64,000 bases of DNA, taken from assembly GCA_963812015.1 (NCBI GenBank), contig CAWETI010000003.1, positions 1,024,001 through 1,088,000 of the forward strand, written 5' to 3'. Origin of the DNA: an uncultured delta proteobacterium (lineage in GTDB: Bacteria; Desulfobacterota; Desulfobaccia; Desulfobaccales; 0-14-0-80-60-11). This document shows positions 38,576 through 48,850 of this stretch, piece by piece; positions within the stretch are counted from its first letter, which is position 1, and each line of letters opens with the position of its first letter. The translations under genes and the position numbers were made by a program. The notes below the pieces were generated by a model. That model saw only the letters and a list, made by a program, of their open reading frames with translations, ran no database searches and was not told where the DNA came from.

Positions 38576-39466
38576 TCACCGGCCGGACTCCCGCGGCTGG
38601 TACATCCAATATTTCTGCCACCAGGGCATTTTGCGCCAGATGAACAGCAATTTCAGGTAATAGAGGTGCCGGTGGCGGGCAATGGCCCCCATGACCTGCC
38701 GGGCCACCCGGGGGTCCACCCCCGGCTGGGTGGGGGGGCCGGGTCGGGCCAGCACCTGGAAGGCATCCCGGCGCCACACCTGAAGCTGGTGCTGTTGCCA
38801 ACCGGCCTTCAAGAGCAGCCAGTCAAGGGTTTGGGGGGCGAAGTAAAAGTTGTGGGCCGGGGAAAACATCCGCCGGAAGCTGACCTTTGGGGCCAGGATG
38901 TTGGGGGTTTCCAGGAAGAGCCAGGTTTCCGGGTGGGCATAGGTCCGGGCCTGGCGCAAGAAGGCCAGGGGGTCGGGAAAATGCTCGATCACGTGGGAGG
39001 CCAGGATCAGGTCGAAGGGTCCAGCTTCGAAGGCCGCGGCCTCGAACCGGCCCGGAAAAACCGTCAGGCCGAAGTGATCCCGGGCATGGGCGGCCTGATC
39101 CGGGTCGGGCTCCACCGCCCGCACTTGGGCCCCCAGGCTTTTCAGCCTGCCGCCCACCAGGCCCAGGCCGCAGCCGACCTCCAGGATACGCCAGCCGGGT
39201 TGGAAGAGAGGCTGGAGCATGGGCCATTGCAGGTTCCAGCGTTTCTCCAGCTTGCGGAGTTGGCGGGGCAACCCCGCATCACCCGTGTGCCAGGTTCGAG
39301 GACTCACATCCAGCTCGAGGCGATCCTGATCCTCGATCACGGGGTTGTGATAGACGAGGCCACAATCCCGGCACCCCACCGTGGTGACGGTGAGGCCCCG
39401 TTCCCGACGCCGGACCACCAAGGCGGTGTGGTCATGCTCACAGAGAGGGCAAAGGATAGTACGCAT
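38576..39466 (-). CDS. Class I SAM-dependent methyltransferase with N-terminal Zn ribbon
   Basis: CPLC...CRDCG; ILEVGCGLG; HVIEHFPDP. Confidence 0.88.
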   Translation of the reverse strand: MRTILCPLCEHDHTALVVRRRERGLTVTTVGCRDCGLVYHNPVIEDQDRLELDVSPRTWHTGDAGLPRQLRKLEKRWNLQWPMLQPLFQPGWRILEVGCGLGLVGGRLKSLGAQVRAVEPDPDQAAHARDHFGLTVFPGRFEAAAFEAGPFDLILASHVIEHFPDPLAFLRQARTYAHPETWLFLETPNILAPKVSFRRMFSPAHNFYFAPQTLDWLLLKAGWQQHQLQVWRRDAFQVLARPGPPTQPGVDPRVARQVMGAIARHRHLYYLKLLFIWRKMPWWQKYWMYQPRESGR

Positions 39467-39627
39467 AGGGTCATCCACAGAGATGTCACCATATATGCCG
39501 ATAACGGCCCTGAAGTCAACCTTGCACCGGCTGGGCCGGAATCTTATAGGTTGTAGTTAACTGACGATTTTCATAAACTAACTACAGAGATGGCTTGCTG
39601 CCCTGGTTTTTGCGGCCGGAGTTTTTC

Positions 39628-40941
39628 ATGAGAGTTTTACTGGTTCAACCCACTACCAAATATTCTCATCTAAAACCCCTGCGCAGTAAAACCCGATGGC
39701 TGGTGGGAATCACCCTGCCGTATCTGGCGAGTCTTACTCCCAAAGGCATCCGGGTGGACCTGGTGGATGACCGCCTGGCGCCGATCCCCTACCACCGGGA
39801 ATATGACTTGGTGGGAATCACCGCCACCTGCGCCACGGCGGAACGGGCTTACGAAATTGCCGCGGAGTTCAGGCAGCGAGGCCGGCAGGTAGTGATGGGC
39901 GGGTTTCACGTGTCTCTCCATCCGGAAGAGGCCCTGCCGCATTGCGACGCGGTGGTGGTGGGTGAAGCGGAGACGGTGTGGACGGAAGTGTTGGCGGATG
40001 CCCGGGTCAAACGCCTGAAGCCCCGTTATCAGACGCCGGGGTTTCACGATCTGGCGGGGCTCCCCCGGCCGCGCCTGGAGCTGGTAGATTACCGGAGCTA
40101 CCGGGTCAAGATCATCCCTACCCAGACCTCCCGGGGCTGCCCCTATCACTGCGCCTTCTGTGAAGTCCCCATTGTATACGGCCATACCTACCGCCGCCGG
40201 CCCCTGGGCGAAGTGATGGAAGAGATCAAGGCCAACGTGCGGATTACCGGCTTGAAGAAGATATATTTTATTGACGACAACCTCACCGGCCACCGGGAGT
40301 ACGCCAAGGACCTGTTCAAGGCCCTGCAGCCCTTGAACCTGAAGTGGAGTTGCCTCTGGACCATCAACACCGCCCGGGACGAAGAGCTGCTGGACCTGGC
40401 CAAGGAGTCCGGCTGCAACCACGTCAATATCGGCATCGAGAACGTCTGCCCGGAGAGCATCTCCTCCATCGAGAAGGTGCAGAATCCCGTGGCCGAATAT
40501 GAGTGGCTCCTGGGCCGACTGCGGCAACGGGGTATCTTCTACTCCCTGAACTTCATGTTCGGCCTGGATGGGGACCACCGGGAGCTGTTCGACGAAACCC
40601 TGGCCTTTTTGGACAAGATCAAGGCGCCCATGGCCTTCTTCAACGTGGCCACGCCGCGGCGGGGCACTCCCATGTGGGGCCGGCTCAAGACTGAAGGCCG
40701 GGTTCACAACCCGGACGCGGAGAGGTATCTGGGGATGGTATGCAACTTCTTTCCCCGGCACATGACGCCCGATGAGTGCGAGGCTGGAGTCTGGCGCTGC
40801 TTTCAAAAATTTTATTCGTTTGCCTCCATCTTCCGCCGTCTGTGTATGCCACCGACCCGCTATATCTTTCAGGGATTGCCCAGCAACCTTTTTTTCCGTT
40901 GGTCGGCGATGCGCAAGATTGATCCGGTGGATTTTTATTAA
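39628..40941 (+). CDS. B12-binding radical SAM enzyme
   Basis: VVMGGFH, VVVGEAE, SRGCPYHCAFC, FIDDN. Confidence 0.9.
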   Translation: MRVLLVQPTTKYSHLKPLRSKTRWLVGITLPYLASLTPKGIRVDLVDDRLAPIPYHREYDLVGITATCATAERAYEIAAEFRQRGRQVVMGGFHVSLHPEEALPHCDAVVVGEAETVWTEVLADARVKRLKPRYQTPGFHDLAGLPRPRLELVDYRSYRVKIIPTQTSRGCPYHCAFCEVPIVYGHTYRRRPLGEVMEEIKANVRITGLKKIYFIDDNLTGHREYAKDLFKALQPLNLKWSCLWTINTARDEELLDLAKESGCNHVNIGIENVCPESISSIEKVQNPVAEYEWLLGRLRQRGIFYSLNFMFGLDGDHRELFDETLAFLDKIKAPMAFFNVATPRRGTPMWGRLKTEGRVHNPDAERYLGMVCNFFPRHMTPDECEAGVWRCFQKFYSFASIFRRLCMPPTRYIFQGLPSNLFFRWSAMRKIDPVDFY

Positions 40942-40942
40942 G

Positions 40943-41246
40943 CTAGTGATGCAGGAAAGGGAAGGCCGCGCCCAGGCCCTCGAGGAAGAATTGCACCGCC
41001 AGGGCGGCCATGATCAGGCCATGAGCCGGGAGAGCAGGAGAAGCGCCCCACCACAATGAACAGGGCCAGGATGAGGAAGGCGTAGAGGCAGGCCCGCCAG
41101 GCCAGGCCCCGGGCAATGGCGGGGGCATATCCCTCCGACAGGGCCAGATAAGGAAAGATGTTGCCCGGCGGGTCCATAATGATGAACAGAGAGATCAGGC
41201 TGGTGATGAGCAAGGCCCCTGTAGGACCGAGAAAACTATGTTCCAT
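40943..41246 (-). pseudogene. MarC family membrane protein remnant (internal deletion plus frameshifts)
   Basis: N-terminus SLFIIMDPPGNIFPYL joined out of frame to C-terminus LSRLM-GLIMAALAVQFFLEGL. Confidence 0.78.
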
Positions 41247-41279
41247 GAGTGAAATCGCCTCGCGGCAGAAGGGTAAATT

Positions 41280-42488
41280 ATGGCCAACTACCAAGTGAAT
41301 AAAACCTACCAGGAAATTAATGACAAAATTAAGCAAGGGCAAGCGGTGGTGGTCACCGCCGAAGAGATTATCGATATCGTCCGCCGCAAAGGCGCGGTGG
41401 CCGCGGCCCGGACCGTGGACGTGGTGACCACCGGGACCTTTTCCCCCATGTGCTCTTCGGGCGCCTTCCTTAATTTCGGCCATGCCAAGCCCCCCATCAA
41501 GGCCTCCAGGGTGTGGCTCAATCACGTGCCGGCCTACGCCGGCATTGCGGCGGTGGATATCTATCTCGGCGCCACCGAGCCCTGCGAGGAAGACCCCCTG
41601 AACAAGGTCTACCCCGGGGAGTTCAAATACGGCGGCGGCCACGTTCTCCAAGACCTGGTGTCCGGCAAGTCCGTTCACCTGGTGGCGGAGGCTTACGGCA
41701 CCGACTGCTACCCCAACAAGCGCCTGGAGCGGGATATCACCCTGAAGCAGATGACCAACGCCATTTTGTGCAACCCCCGGAACTGCTATCAGAACTACAA
41801 CGTGGCGGTCAACCTGTCGAACCGGACCATCTATACTTATATGGGGCCGCTCCGGCCCGGGGCCGGCAACGCCAATTACTGCACCGCGGGGGAACTCAGC
41901 CCTCTGTTCAATGATCCCTACTACCGCACCATCGGCATCGGCACCCGTATTTTCCTGGGAGGGGGGGTGGGCTACGTGGCCTTCCCCGGCACCCAGCACA
42001 ATCCGCAAAAACCCCGGGCCGAAAACGGGGTGCCGTTGGGTCCGGCTGGGACCCTGATGCTGGTGGGGGACATGAAGCGGATGGACCCCCGCTACCTGGT
42101 GGGGGTGAGCTTTTTGGGTTACGGCTGCTCCCTGGCGGTGGGGGTGGGGATCCCCATCCCCCTGTTGAATGAGGAGATGGCCCACTTCTGCGGGATCAGC
42201 GACGCCGATCTCCTGGCTCCCATCGTCGATTACGGCGGCGATTATCCTGCCGGCACGGGTCAGACTTTGGGGCAGGTGAGCTATGCCCAGCTCAAGAGCG
42301 GCACGCTCACCCTGAACGGCAAAGAGGTGCCCACCGTGCCTCTGTCCAGCATGGTCCGGGCCCGGGAGATCGCCCAGCACCTGAAAAAGTGGATCGAATC
42401 CGGCCGGTTCCTCCTGGGGGAACCGGTGGAGCCCCTGCCCCTGAATGATGAGGGCCCCTGGCTCAGCACCGCCGGCCACGATAGCTGA
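41280..42488 (+). CDS. Homocysteine biosynthesis protein (L-aspartate semialdehyde sulfurtransferase, MA1821/DUF39 family)
   Basis: VDVVTTGTFSPMCSSGA, YGGGHV, NPRNCYQNY, GIGTRIFLGG. Confidence 0.88.
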   Translation: MANYQVNKTYQEINDKIKQGQAVVVTAEEIIDIVRRKGAVAAARTVDVVTTGTFSPMCSSGAFLNFGHAKPPIKASRVWLNHVPAYAGIAAVDIYLGATEPCEEDPLNKVYPGEFKYGGGHVLQDLVSGKSVHLVAEAYGTDCYPNKRLERDITLKQMTNAILCNPRNCYQNYNVAVNLSNRTIYTYMGPLRPGAGNANYCTAGELSPLFNDPYYRTIGIGTRIFLGGGVGYVAFPGTQHNPQKPRAENGVPLGPAGTLMLVGDMKRMDPRYLVGVSFLGYGCSLAVGVGIPIPLLNEEMAHFCGISDADLLAPIVDYGGDYPAGTGQTLGQVSYAQLKSGTLTLNGKEVPTVPLSSMVRAREIAQHLKKWIESGRFLLGEPVEPLPLNDEGPWLSTAGHDS

Positions 42489-42529
42489 GGGAAGCGGCGC
42501 AGCGTCAGGGGTATGGTCCGGGAGATGAG

Positions 42530-43285
42530 GTGGTCAATCCTTTAGAAGAATATCTCCGGCGCCACCGGCGGGCGGCCCTGCTGTTCTCCGGGGGGCTGGA
42601 TTCCAGTCTCCTGCTGGCGGCGGCGGCGAAGGTATTGGGACCGGGGTTGACCGCCATCACCTTTACCGGGCCTCACACCGTGCCGGGGGAGTTGGCCGCA
42701 GCCTGGGCCCTGGCCCGGCGCTGCCGGGTCGACCACGTGGTGCGGAAGTTTGATCCTTTGGCACTGCCGGAATTCCGGCATAACCGCCGGGAGCGTTGCT
42801 ATGCCTGCAAACAGGCCATTATTACCCGGGCCTGGGAGATTGCCGCCGCCCGAGGGCATGCGGTGCTGTGGGACGGCACCAACGTCGACGATTTGGCCGA
42901 TTTTCGCCCGGGGTTCCGGGCCCTTCGGGAACTGGGGGTCGAGAGCCCGCTGCTCACGGCGGGACTGGGCAAGGCGGGGATTCGCGCCCTGAGCCGGGAC
43001 CTGGGCCTCGATGACCAGCGCCCGGCCCAGAGTTGCCTGGCCACCCGCTTCCCCTATGATACCGAATTAACTGAGGCAGACCTGGCCCGGGTGGGCCGGG
43101 GGGAGGCCTGGCTCAGGCGGCGGGGCTATTCCCGGGTGCGTCTGAGGGTCCGGGGGGACCGGGCCCGCCTGGAACTGGCCCCGGAAGAGTGGCCGGCCTT
43201 CATGGCCCCGGCCGTGCGCCGCCGCTTCACCGCTCTTATAACGGGTCTGGGTTTCACGGAACTTTGCCTGGATGGGACCAAGTGA
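42530..43285 (+). CDS. larE: ATP-dependent sacrificial sulfur transferase, LarE-like
   Basis: PP-loop SGGLDS, RCYACK, DGTNVDD, RPG, SCLATRFPY. Confidence 0.85.
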   Translation: MVNPLEEYLRRHRRAALLFSGGLDSSLLLAAAAKVLGPGLTAITFTGPHTVPGELAAAWALARRCRVDHVVRKFDPLALPEFRHNRRERCYACKQAIITRAWEIAAARGHAVLWDGTNVDDLADFRPGFRALRELGVESPLLTAGLGKAGIRALSRDLGLDDQRPAQSCLATRFPYDTELTEADLARVGRGEAWLRRRGYSRVRLRVRGDRARLELAPEEWPAFMAPAVRRRFTALITGLGFTELCLDGTK

Positions 43286-43365
43286 ACCGGAGTTAAGGCC
43301 ATCGCCTGACCTGGCGGATCTCCGGCGCAGGAATAACCGACCGAGGCTTGGCCTCGGGGGGTGTC

Positions 43366-43788
43366 ATGCTCAAAGTCCTCTTTCTGTGCACCGAAAACGC
43401 CTGCCGCAGCCAGATGGCGGAAGGGCTGGTGAACCACTTCCTGGCCGGGAAGGTGGAAGCCTTCTCCGCCGGGGTGGCGCCCAAAGAGGTCAATCCCCGG
43501 GGCATCCGGGTGATGGCGGAGTTAGGCGTTGATCTCAGCCGCCACCGCGCCAAGTCGGTCTCCGAGTTTGCGGGGCAGCAGTTCGACCTGGCCATCACCC
43601 TGTGCGACTCGGCGCAGCAGCAGTGCCCGTTTTTCCCCGGGGCGGCTCAAATGCTCCACGTCGGTTTTCCCGACCCGGGGCGGGCCCAAGGCACTGAAGA
43701 TGAGATTATGGCGGTCTTTCGCCGGGTGCGGGACGAAATGCGGGAGAAGCTCATACCCCTGCTGGCAGAACACGTGGCCCATCCTTGA
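43366..43788 (+). CDS. arsC: Arsenate reductase / LMW-PTP family protein
   Basis: VLFLCTENACRSQMAEG, ITLC, CPFFPG, FPDP, FRRVRD. Confidence 0.85.
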   Translation: MLKVLFLCTENACRSQMAEGLVNHFLAGKVEAFSAGVAPKEVNPRGIRVMAELGVDLSRHRAKSVSEFAGQQFDLAITLCDSAQQQCPFFPGAAQMLHVGFPDPGRAQGTEDEIMAVFRRVRDEMREKLIPLLAEHVAHP

Positions 43789-43964
43789 GCAGTGCGGCCC
43801 CAAGGAAGACCAGCCCCGGCCAGGCCGGTTCGGGGCGCGCCGGTACCCCTTTCCTGACTTTCCGCGTTGAGACGTTCTCCCCAGGCCGCCCATCTCCCCG
43901 GTCCAAACAAGCGGGAGGGCAGGGGGGAGAAATTTTTCAGGCTTTACGGCTGGACCTCTATCTT

Positions 43965-44146
43965 ATAGGAAATGCCAAAAGTTTTTTCCGTTATGACACA
44001 TGCTCTAAGAACCCAAATCCCCCCTAACCCCCCTTTTCCAAAGGGGGGAACTTAGCGAAATTCCTTTGAAAGTCCCCCTGTGAAAAAGGGGGATTTAGGG
44101 GGATTTAAAAACCAGCAATCAGAAGGAATTTTTGGCAAACGCTCTA
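43965..44146. mobile_element. MITE-like element: TGCCAAAA/TTTTGGCA envelope around an AAATCCCCC REP doublet
   Basis: Imperfect terminal inverted repeats; inverted pair of REP units at 44015-44106. Confidence 0.6.
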
Positions 44147-44186
44147 TGAGCAACTACCCTTACGGTAAATCGAAGTTACCTTGACC

Positions 44187-45170
44187 ATGACCAAGATCAT
44201 CCGGGCCCTGGGGCTCTTTTCCGGAGGGCTGGACAGCATGCTGGCCGCGGCGGTGCTGCGCGACCAGGGCATCGACGTCACCCTCATCTGTTGGGTGACG
44301 CCGTTTTTCGGGGCGGCCCGAGCCCGGGAATCCGCCGCCCACCTGGGCCTGCCCCTCCTGGAGGTGGACTTCAGCGACAAATTTCTGCCCCTGATCTATG
44401 ATCCGCCCCATGGCTGGGGCCGGGGCCACAACCCCTGCATCGACTGCCATATCCTCATGCTCCGGGAGGCCGGGGCGCTCATGCGGGCGGGGGGATTTGA
44501 TTTTCTCTTCACCGGGGAAGTCTTGGGACAGCGGCCCATGAGCCAGAACCGGGGCTCCCTGAACCTCATCGCCCGGGAATCGGGGTTTGCCGACCTGGTA
44601 CTCCGGCCGTTGAGCGCCAAATCCCTCAAGGCGACGGCCCCGGAGGTGCAGGGCTGGGTGGACCGGGAACGACTGCTGAATCTGAGCGGCCGGGGGCGCA
44701 CCCGCCAGATGGCCCTGGCCGAGGCCCATGGCATCACCCGGTATCCCGCCCCGGCCGGGGGGTGTTTGTTGACCGATCCGAGGTATGCGGTCCGGCTCAA
44801 GGAGTTGCTGGGCCACGTTCAGGTGGCTTCCCGGCAAGATCTGGAACTGCTCAAATGGGGCCGGCACTTTCGCCTGCCTGGCGGGGCCAAAGTGGTGGTG
44901 GGCCGCACCGAGCGTGAGAATGACGCGATCCTGGCCTTGAAGTTGCCGGGGGATGTGCTGCTGAAAGTGGATGACTATCCCGGCCCGCTGGTGCTGGTGG
45001 GCGAGGCTGCAGCCGGGGAAGACCTGGAGAAGGCGGCGGGGCTGGCTGCGGCCTACAGCGATGCGCCCCCGGGGGCTCCGGTGACGGTGACCACGGAACC
45101 GGCCGGTGAGGGCCGGGTCTTTCGCCTCACCACCCCCGGGAAAGACCGGTTTAAACCCTGGCTGGTGTGA
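44187..45170 (+). CDS. tRNA thiouridylase-like PP-loop protein (ThiI/MnmA-like)
   Basis: SGGLDS, NPCIDCH, TGEVLGQRPMSQ, PAGGCLLT, GRHFRL. Confidence 0.85.
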   Translation: MTKIIRALGLFSGGLDSMLAAAVLRDQGIDVTLICWVTPFFGAARARESAAHLGLPLLEVDFSDKFLPLIYDPPHGWGRGHNPCIDCHILMLREAGALMRAGGFDFLFTGEVLGQRPMSQNRGSLNLIARESGFADLVLRPLSAKSLKATAPEVQGWVDRERLLNLSGRGRTRQMALAEAHGITRYPAPAGGCLLTDPRYAVRLKELLGHVQVASRQDLELLKWGRHFRLPGGAKVVVGRTERENDAILALKLPGDVLLKVDDYPGPLVLVGEAAAGEDLEKAAGLAAAYSDAPPGAPVTVTTEPAGEGRVFRLTTPGKDRFKPWLV

Positions 45171-45285
45171 TGGGCAGAGAGCGAGACGACCGGAAGAAAG
45201 TTGAGGGGGTGATGGCCGGGGGACATTTTCGTCATTTTCGTCTTTTCGTAAGGGTCCCCCCCCTCCCCTCAGCTTGCAACTGCGG

Positions 45286-45501
45286 TTAATGTGCCGTGAC
45301 GGGCTGATAGAAGGCCAGGTCCCGGTCACGCCAGGTCAGGGCGTAACGCACCCCCTCCAGGGAGATATTGTGGGTCACCATCAGCATAAATCGTTCCACC
45401 AGCCGGCCGTGGATGGGATGCGGGAAGATCGCGGTGATAAAATTCACGGCCTCGGGAGATTCCGGGCCATCTTCAAGGCTTTGACCAGTCTCAGTTAACA
45501 T
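45286..45501 (-). CDS. Small hypothetical protein (71 aa)
   Basis: AAGGA RBS upstream of ATG; plausible codon use. Confidence 0.55.
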   Translation of the reverse strand: MLTETGQSLEDGPESPEAVNFITAIFPHPIHGRLVERFMLMVTHNISLEGVRYALTWRDRDLAFYQPVTAH

Positions 45502-45682
45502 CAGTTTATCCTTTTCAGCGCACCTGAATCCAGGTCCACTTTCTCGGTGAGATTATCTTCCGCAGCCAAAAACCCTGCCGGGGAAGATATCAGGTTCGCC
45601 TTTCTTTATTATATACAATAATCATCGGGACCGGCAGGCGCCAGCGGGCGCCTGGCGATTTTTCGCCGGGATGATTGAGTCT

Positions 45683-45810
45683 AAGCCATCTCAAAACCTG
45701 CTTTGTTGTCATCCTGAACGGCGTGAAGGATCTCAACTCATTAAAAATACGATATTCTTCGCTCCGCTCAGAATGACAATTCTCTATCAATCCAGGTTTG
45801 GCAATGGCTT
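45683..45810. mobile_element. MITE-like element with TGTCAT...ATGACA palindromic core
   Basis: AAGCCATCTCAAAACCTG / CAGGTTTGGCAATGGCTT imperfect TIRs; core similar to 31222-31292. Confidence 0.65.
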
Positions 45811-45954
45811 CTCATGTTCTGGGTGGTTGGCCCAGGGGGGCGGCGCTCAGCCGGGCACACCCTTCGGGGCGCGCCCTCATGAAAAACATGAAAAAAACCA
45901 GGAATTGGGGGTTCAAGGGGAGGGGCGGGGTTTCCCCACCCCTACTATTGGTGC

Positions 45955-47382
45955 TTATCGGCCTTTTCCGCCCAAGGCTTCACAGAGGCGGACCACCAGG
46001 TGGTCGAAGTCGCCGTTGGACATCACCAGAACGACGTCGCCGGGGCGCAGGGTCCGGAGCAGGCCCTGCAGGAGCGCATCGGTGTCGGGGAAATAGAGGG
46101 CTGCCTGGCCTGCGGCCGACAGGTCCGCCACCAGTTGCCGGGAGGAGAACTGTTCTTCGGGTTCAACTTTCCACAGGTCCGGGGGTTCCCGCAGCAGGAT
46201 GAGGTCCGCATCTTTAAAGGCCCGGGCGTAGGGCTCCTGAAAGATCTTGCGCCGGGAAGTGTTGGTGCGGGGCTCGAACGCGGCCACCAGGCGCCGGGTT
46301 GGGTAGGCCTGGCGCACCGCGGCCAGGGTCACCCCCACCGCGGTGGGATGGTGGGCAAAGTCTTCCACCACCAGCACCCCCTGGAATTCCCCGGCCACCT
46401 CCTGGCGCTTCCTGACCCCCTTAAACCCGGGCAGGGCTTTTTGTAAGGGCGGGGCCGCGGCCCCCACCTCAGCCAGGACCGCCAACGCCGCCAGGGCGTT
46501 CAGCACGTTGTGCTCACCCACCATTGGCAGGAAAAAATCGCCCCACCGGGCGCCCTCCTTCAGGACAGTGAAGTTCATGCCGCCGGGGACGGGGGTGATG
46601 GCCGCGGCCTGCCAGGCGACGTCGCCGCCAAGACCATAAAAAGAAACCGGGGCGTGGTTCCGCCCGCAGACCTCACGGATCAGGGGGGCATCCCCCCAGG
46701 CGAAGACCCGGCCGCCGGGAGCGACGGTGCCCAGAAAGGTCTCGAAGGCCTGGATGATGACGTTGAGGTCCGGGTAGATGTCGGCGTGGTCGAACTCGAT
46801 GGAAGTGAGCACCGCCACCCGGGGGTGAAAATGGACGAACTTGGGGCGCTTGTCGAAAAAGGCGGTGTCGTATTCGTCCCCTTCCAGGGCCACAAAGCGG
46901 CCGCTCCCAACCCGGTAATTGGTCTGGAAATTTTTGGCGATGCCCCCCACCATGAAGCCGGGGTCCAGCCCCAGGGCAAAGAGCAGCCAACTGATGAGGG
47001 CCGTGGTGGTGGTTTTGCCGTGGGTGCCGGCCACCACCAGGCTTTGGCGGTCTCCCACCAGGAAGCGGTTCAGGGCCTCGGGCAGGGAGAGGCGGGGGAG
47101 GTTCTGGGCTAGCACCGCCTGGGCCTCGGGGTTGTCCCGGCGGATGACGTTCCCCACCACCACCAGGTCGGGAACGGGGTCCAGGTTAGCGGGGCTGTAA
47201 CCGTTTTGGATGGTTATCCCCAGGCCTTCAAGTAAGGTGCTCATGGGCGGGTAGACGTGTTCGTCGGAGCCGGTCACCCGAAAGCCCTGTTCCTTCAGGA
47301 TGCCGGCCAGGGCGGCCATGCCGGTGCCGCAGATGCCCAGGAGGTGGACGTGGGTTGCAGAATGCTTTGACATTTCAGACAT
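45955..47382 (-). CDS. mpl: Murein peptide ligase (start approximate)
   Basis: HLLGICGTGM, GTHGKTTT, EGDEYDTAFFDK, EFDHADIY, DFAHHPTA, EPRTNTS. Confidence 0.93.
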   Translation of the reverse strand: MSEMSKHSATHVHLLGICGTGMAALAGILKEQGFRVTGSDEHVYPPMSTLLEGLGITIQNGYSPANLDPVPDLVVVGNVIRRDNPEAQAVLAQNLPRLSLPEALNRFLVGDRQSLVVAGTHGKTTTTALISWLLFALGLDPGFMVGGIAKNFQTNYRVGSGRFVALEGDEYDTAFFDKRPKFVHFHPRVAVLTSIEFDHADIYPDLNVIIQAFETFLGTVAPGGRVFAWGDAPLIREVCGRNHAPVSFYGLGGDVAWQAAAITPVPGGMNFTVLKEGARWGDFFLPMVGEHNVLNALAALAVLAEVGAAAPPLQKALPGFKGVRKRQEVAGEFQGVLVVEDFAHHPTAVGVTLAAVRQAYPTRRLVAAFEPRTNTSRRKIFQEPYARAFKDADLILLREPPDLWKVEPEEQFSSRQLVADLSAAGQAALYFPDTDALLQGLLRTLRPGDVVLVMSNGDFDHLVVRLCEALGGKGR

Positions 47383-47556
47383 GGTTGGGATCAATTCGCC
47401 AAAAATATGGAGTAGCGGCGGAACTGTGGGTCCGCCGGAATCGGGCGCGCCGCCGATACTGATAAGCGTCAGGGCGCATGATATGGCGCCCTAAAAAGGC
47501 GTGATAAATTCCGCCCTTACAAAAACAGAAACTGGTGTAACTGAGGCCCTGATAGG

Positions 47557-48672
47557 CTAACAGAGACCCAAGGCCCGGGAGGCGGCCTCGTGGAAGCGGG
47601 GGCGGAAGGCCTGAATTTTGGTCTTATCATCCCGGCCCAGGTGTACCCGGTTCGTCAGTAAGACTACCATCTGGCCGGTCTCCAGGTCCAGCCAAAAAGA
47701 GGTGCCGGTGAAGCCCAGGTGCCCGACGCTCCTGGGGGAAAAGTACCGCCCGGCGGCCCGGAGGGCCGGGTCCGGGCCGGGGGTGTCGAAGCCGTAAGCC
47801 CGGTCGGCGGTGGGGGGAACCGTTAAAAAGAGCTGTACCGCCTCCGGGGTGAGGGGGCCGGTCTTTTCTCCACGATAAGCCTGCCAGAGGCTGGCCACCA
47901 TACGAAAGACCTCACGGCCGGGGCCGAAGAGGCCGGCATGGCCCGCCACCCCACCGGCGGCCCAGGCGTTTTCGTCGTGGACTTCACCCCCGCCGGGGCG
48001 TCCCGGGATGAGGCCCGGCTCGGTGGCGGCATAAAGGCGGTTTTCGGTTGTCGGAACAGTTTGGCCCGGTTTGGGCAAGGGGATGAAGCCCAAGGTGTTC
48101 AGCCCCAGGGGTCGGTAAATTTCTTCCCGGCAGAACTGATCCAGGCTCTCCCCGCAGACTATCTCCACCACCGCTTTGAGCAGCATGAAGCCCAGGTCGC
48201 TGTATAGGGTTGCCGTGTCCGGGGGGTGCTCCAGGGGGGTGGCCGCGGCCAGGCGTTCCAACAGGGTAGGGCGGGCTTCAGGCGGGGCCGCCAGCAGTTC
48301 CTGGTAAAAGGGCCGCCAGGCCGGCAGCCCGGCCCGGTGGGTGAGGAGGCTTTTGAGGGTCAGGGGCTGCTTGTCCGGGGGGAGCCAGGCGGAGGGCAGA
48401 ATCTCTCCCAGGGAGGCGGCCGGGTCTAGCCGCCCCCGGTCCATCAGGACCATCAGGGCCAGGGCCGTGGCCAGGGGTTTTGTCAAGGAGGCCAGGTCGA
48501 AGACCGTGTCCAGGGTCGCGGCCGCCGCCCCCGGGTCTTGGGACAAGGCCCCCGCAACGCCTTCCCACCGGAGTTTTCCCCTAAGCCCCACCAGGGCCAC
48601 CGCCGCGGTAAAGACGCCCTGGCTGACGCCAGCTTCCAACAGCTGCTGCAGGGGGGGCCAACGGTCCGACAT
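47557..48672 (-). CDS. Serine hydrolase, beta-lactamase (class C-like) family
   Basis: FDLASLTK, LLTHRAGL, YSD, VHDENA, GHAGLF, GHLGFTG. Confidence 0.9.
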   Translation of the reverse strand: MSDRWPPLQQLLEAGVSQGVFTAAVALVGLRGKLRWEGVAGALSQDPGAAAATLDTVFDLASLTKPLATALALMVLMDRGRLDPAASLGEILPSAWLPPDKQPLTLKSLLTHRAGLPAWRPFYQELLAAPPEARPTLLERLAAATPLEHPPDTATLYSDLGFMLLKAVVEIVCGESLDQFCREEIYRPLGLNTLGFIPLPKPGQTVPTTENRLYAATEPGLIPGRPGGGEVHDENAWAAGGVAGHAGLFGPGREVFRMVASLWQAYRGEKTGPLTPEAVQLFLTVPPTADRAYGFDTPGPDPALRAAGRYFSPRSVGHLGFTGTSFWLDLETGQMVVLLTNRVHLGRDDKTKIQAFRPRFHEAASRALGLC

Positions 48673-48697
48673 GGGGAGCCTCGCTAAACAATGTTGA

Positions 48698-48840
48698 TGG
48701 GGGAAGGGGCTAGGGCCGAAGCCCCTACCCCTTCCCCCAAACCCCCATCCCCAAGCCCTTATAGGGAGTTAGGAGGGGAGTTTGAGGGGAGGGCGGGGGA
48801 ATTTTTCGTAAGGGCTTCCCCCGGCCCTCCCCTCAAATTT
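48698..48840. repeat. Intergenic palindromic hairpin cluster
   Basis: GGGGGAAGGG...CCCTTCCCCC and TTTGAGGGGAGGGC...GCCCTCCCCTCAAA. Confidence 0.5.
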
Positions 48841-48850
48841 ATCCACTCAA

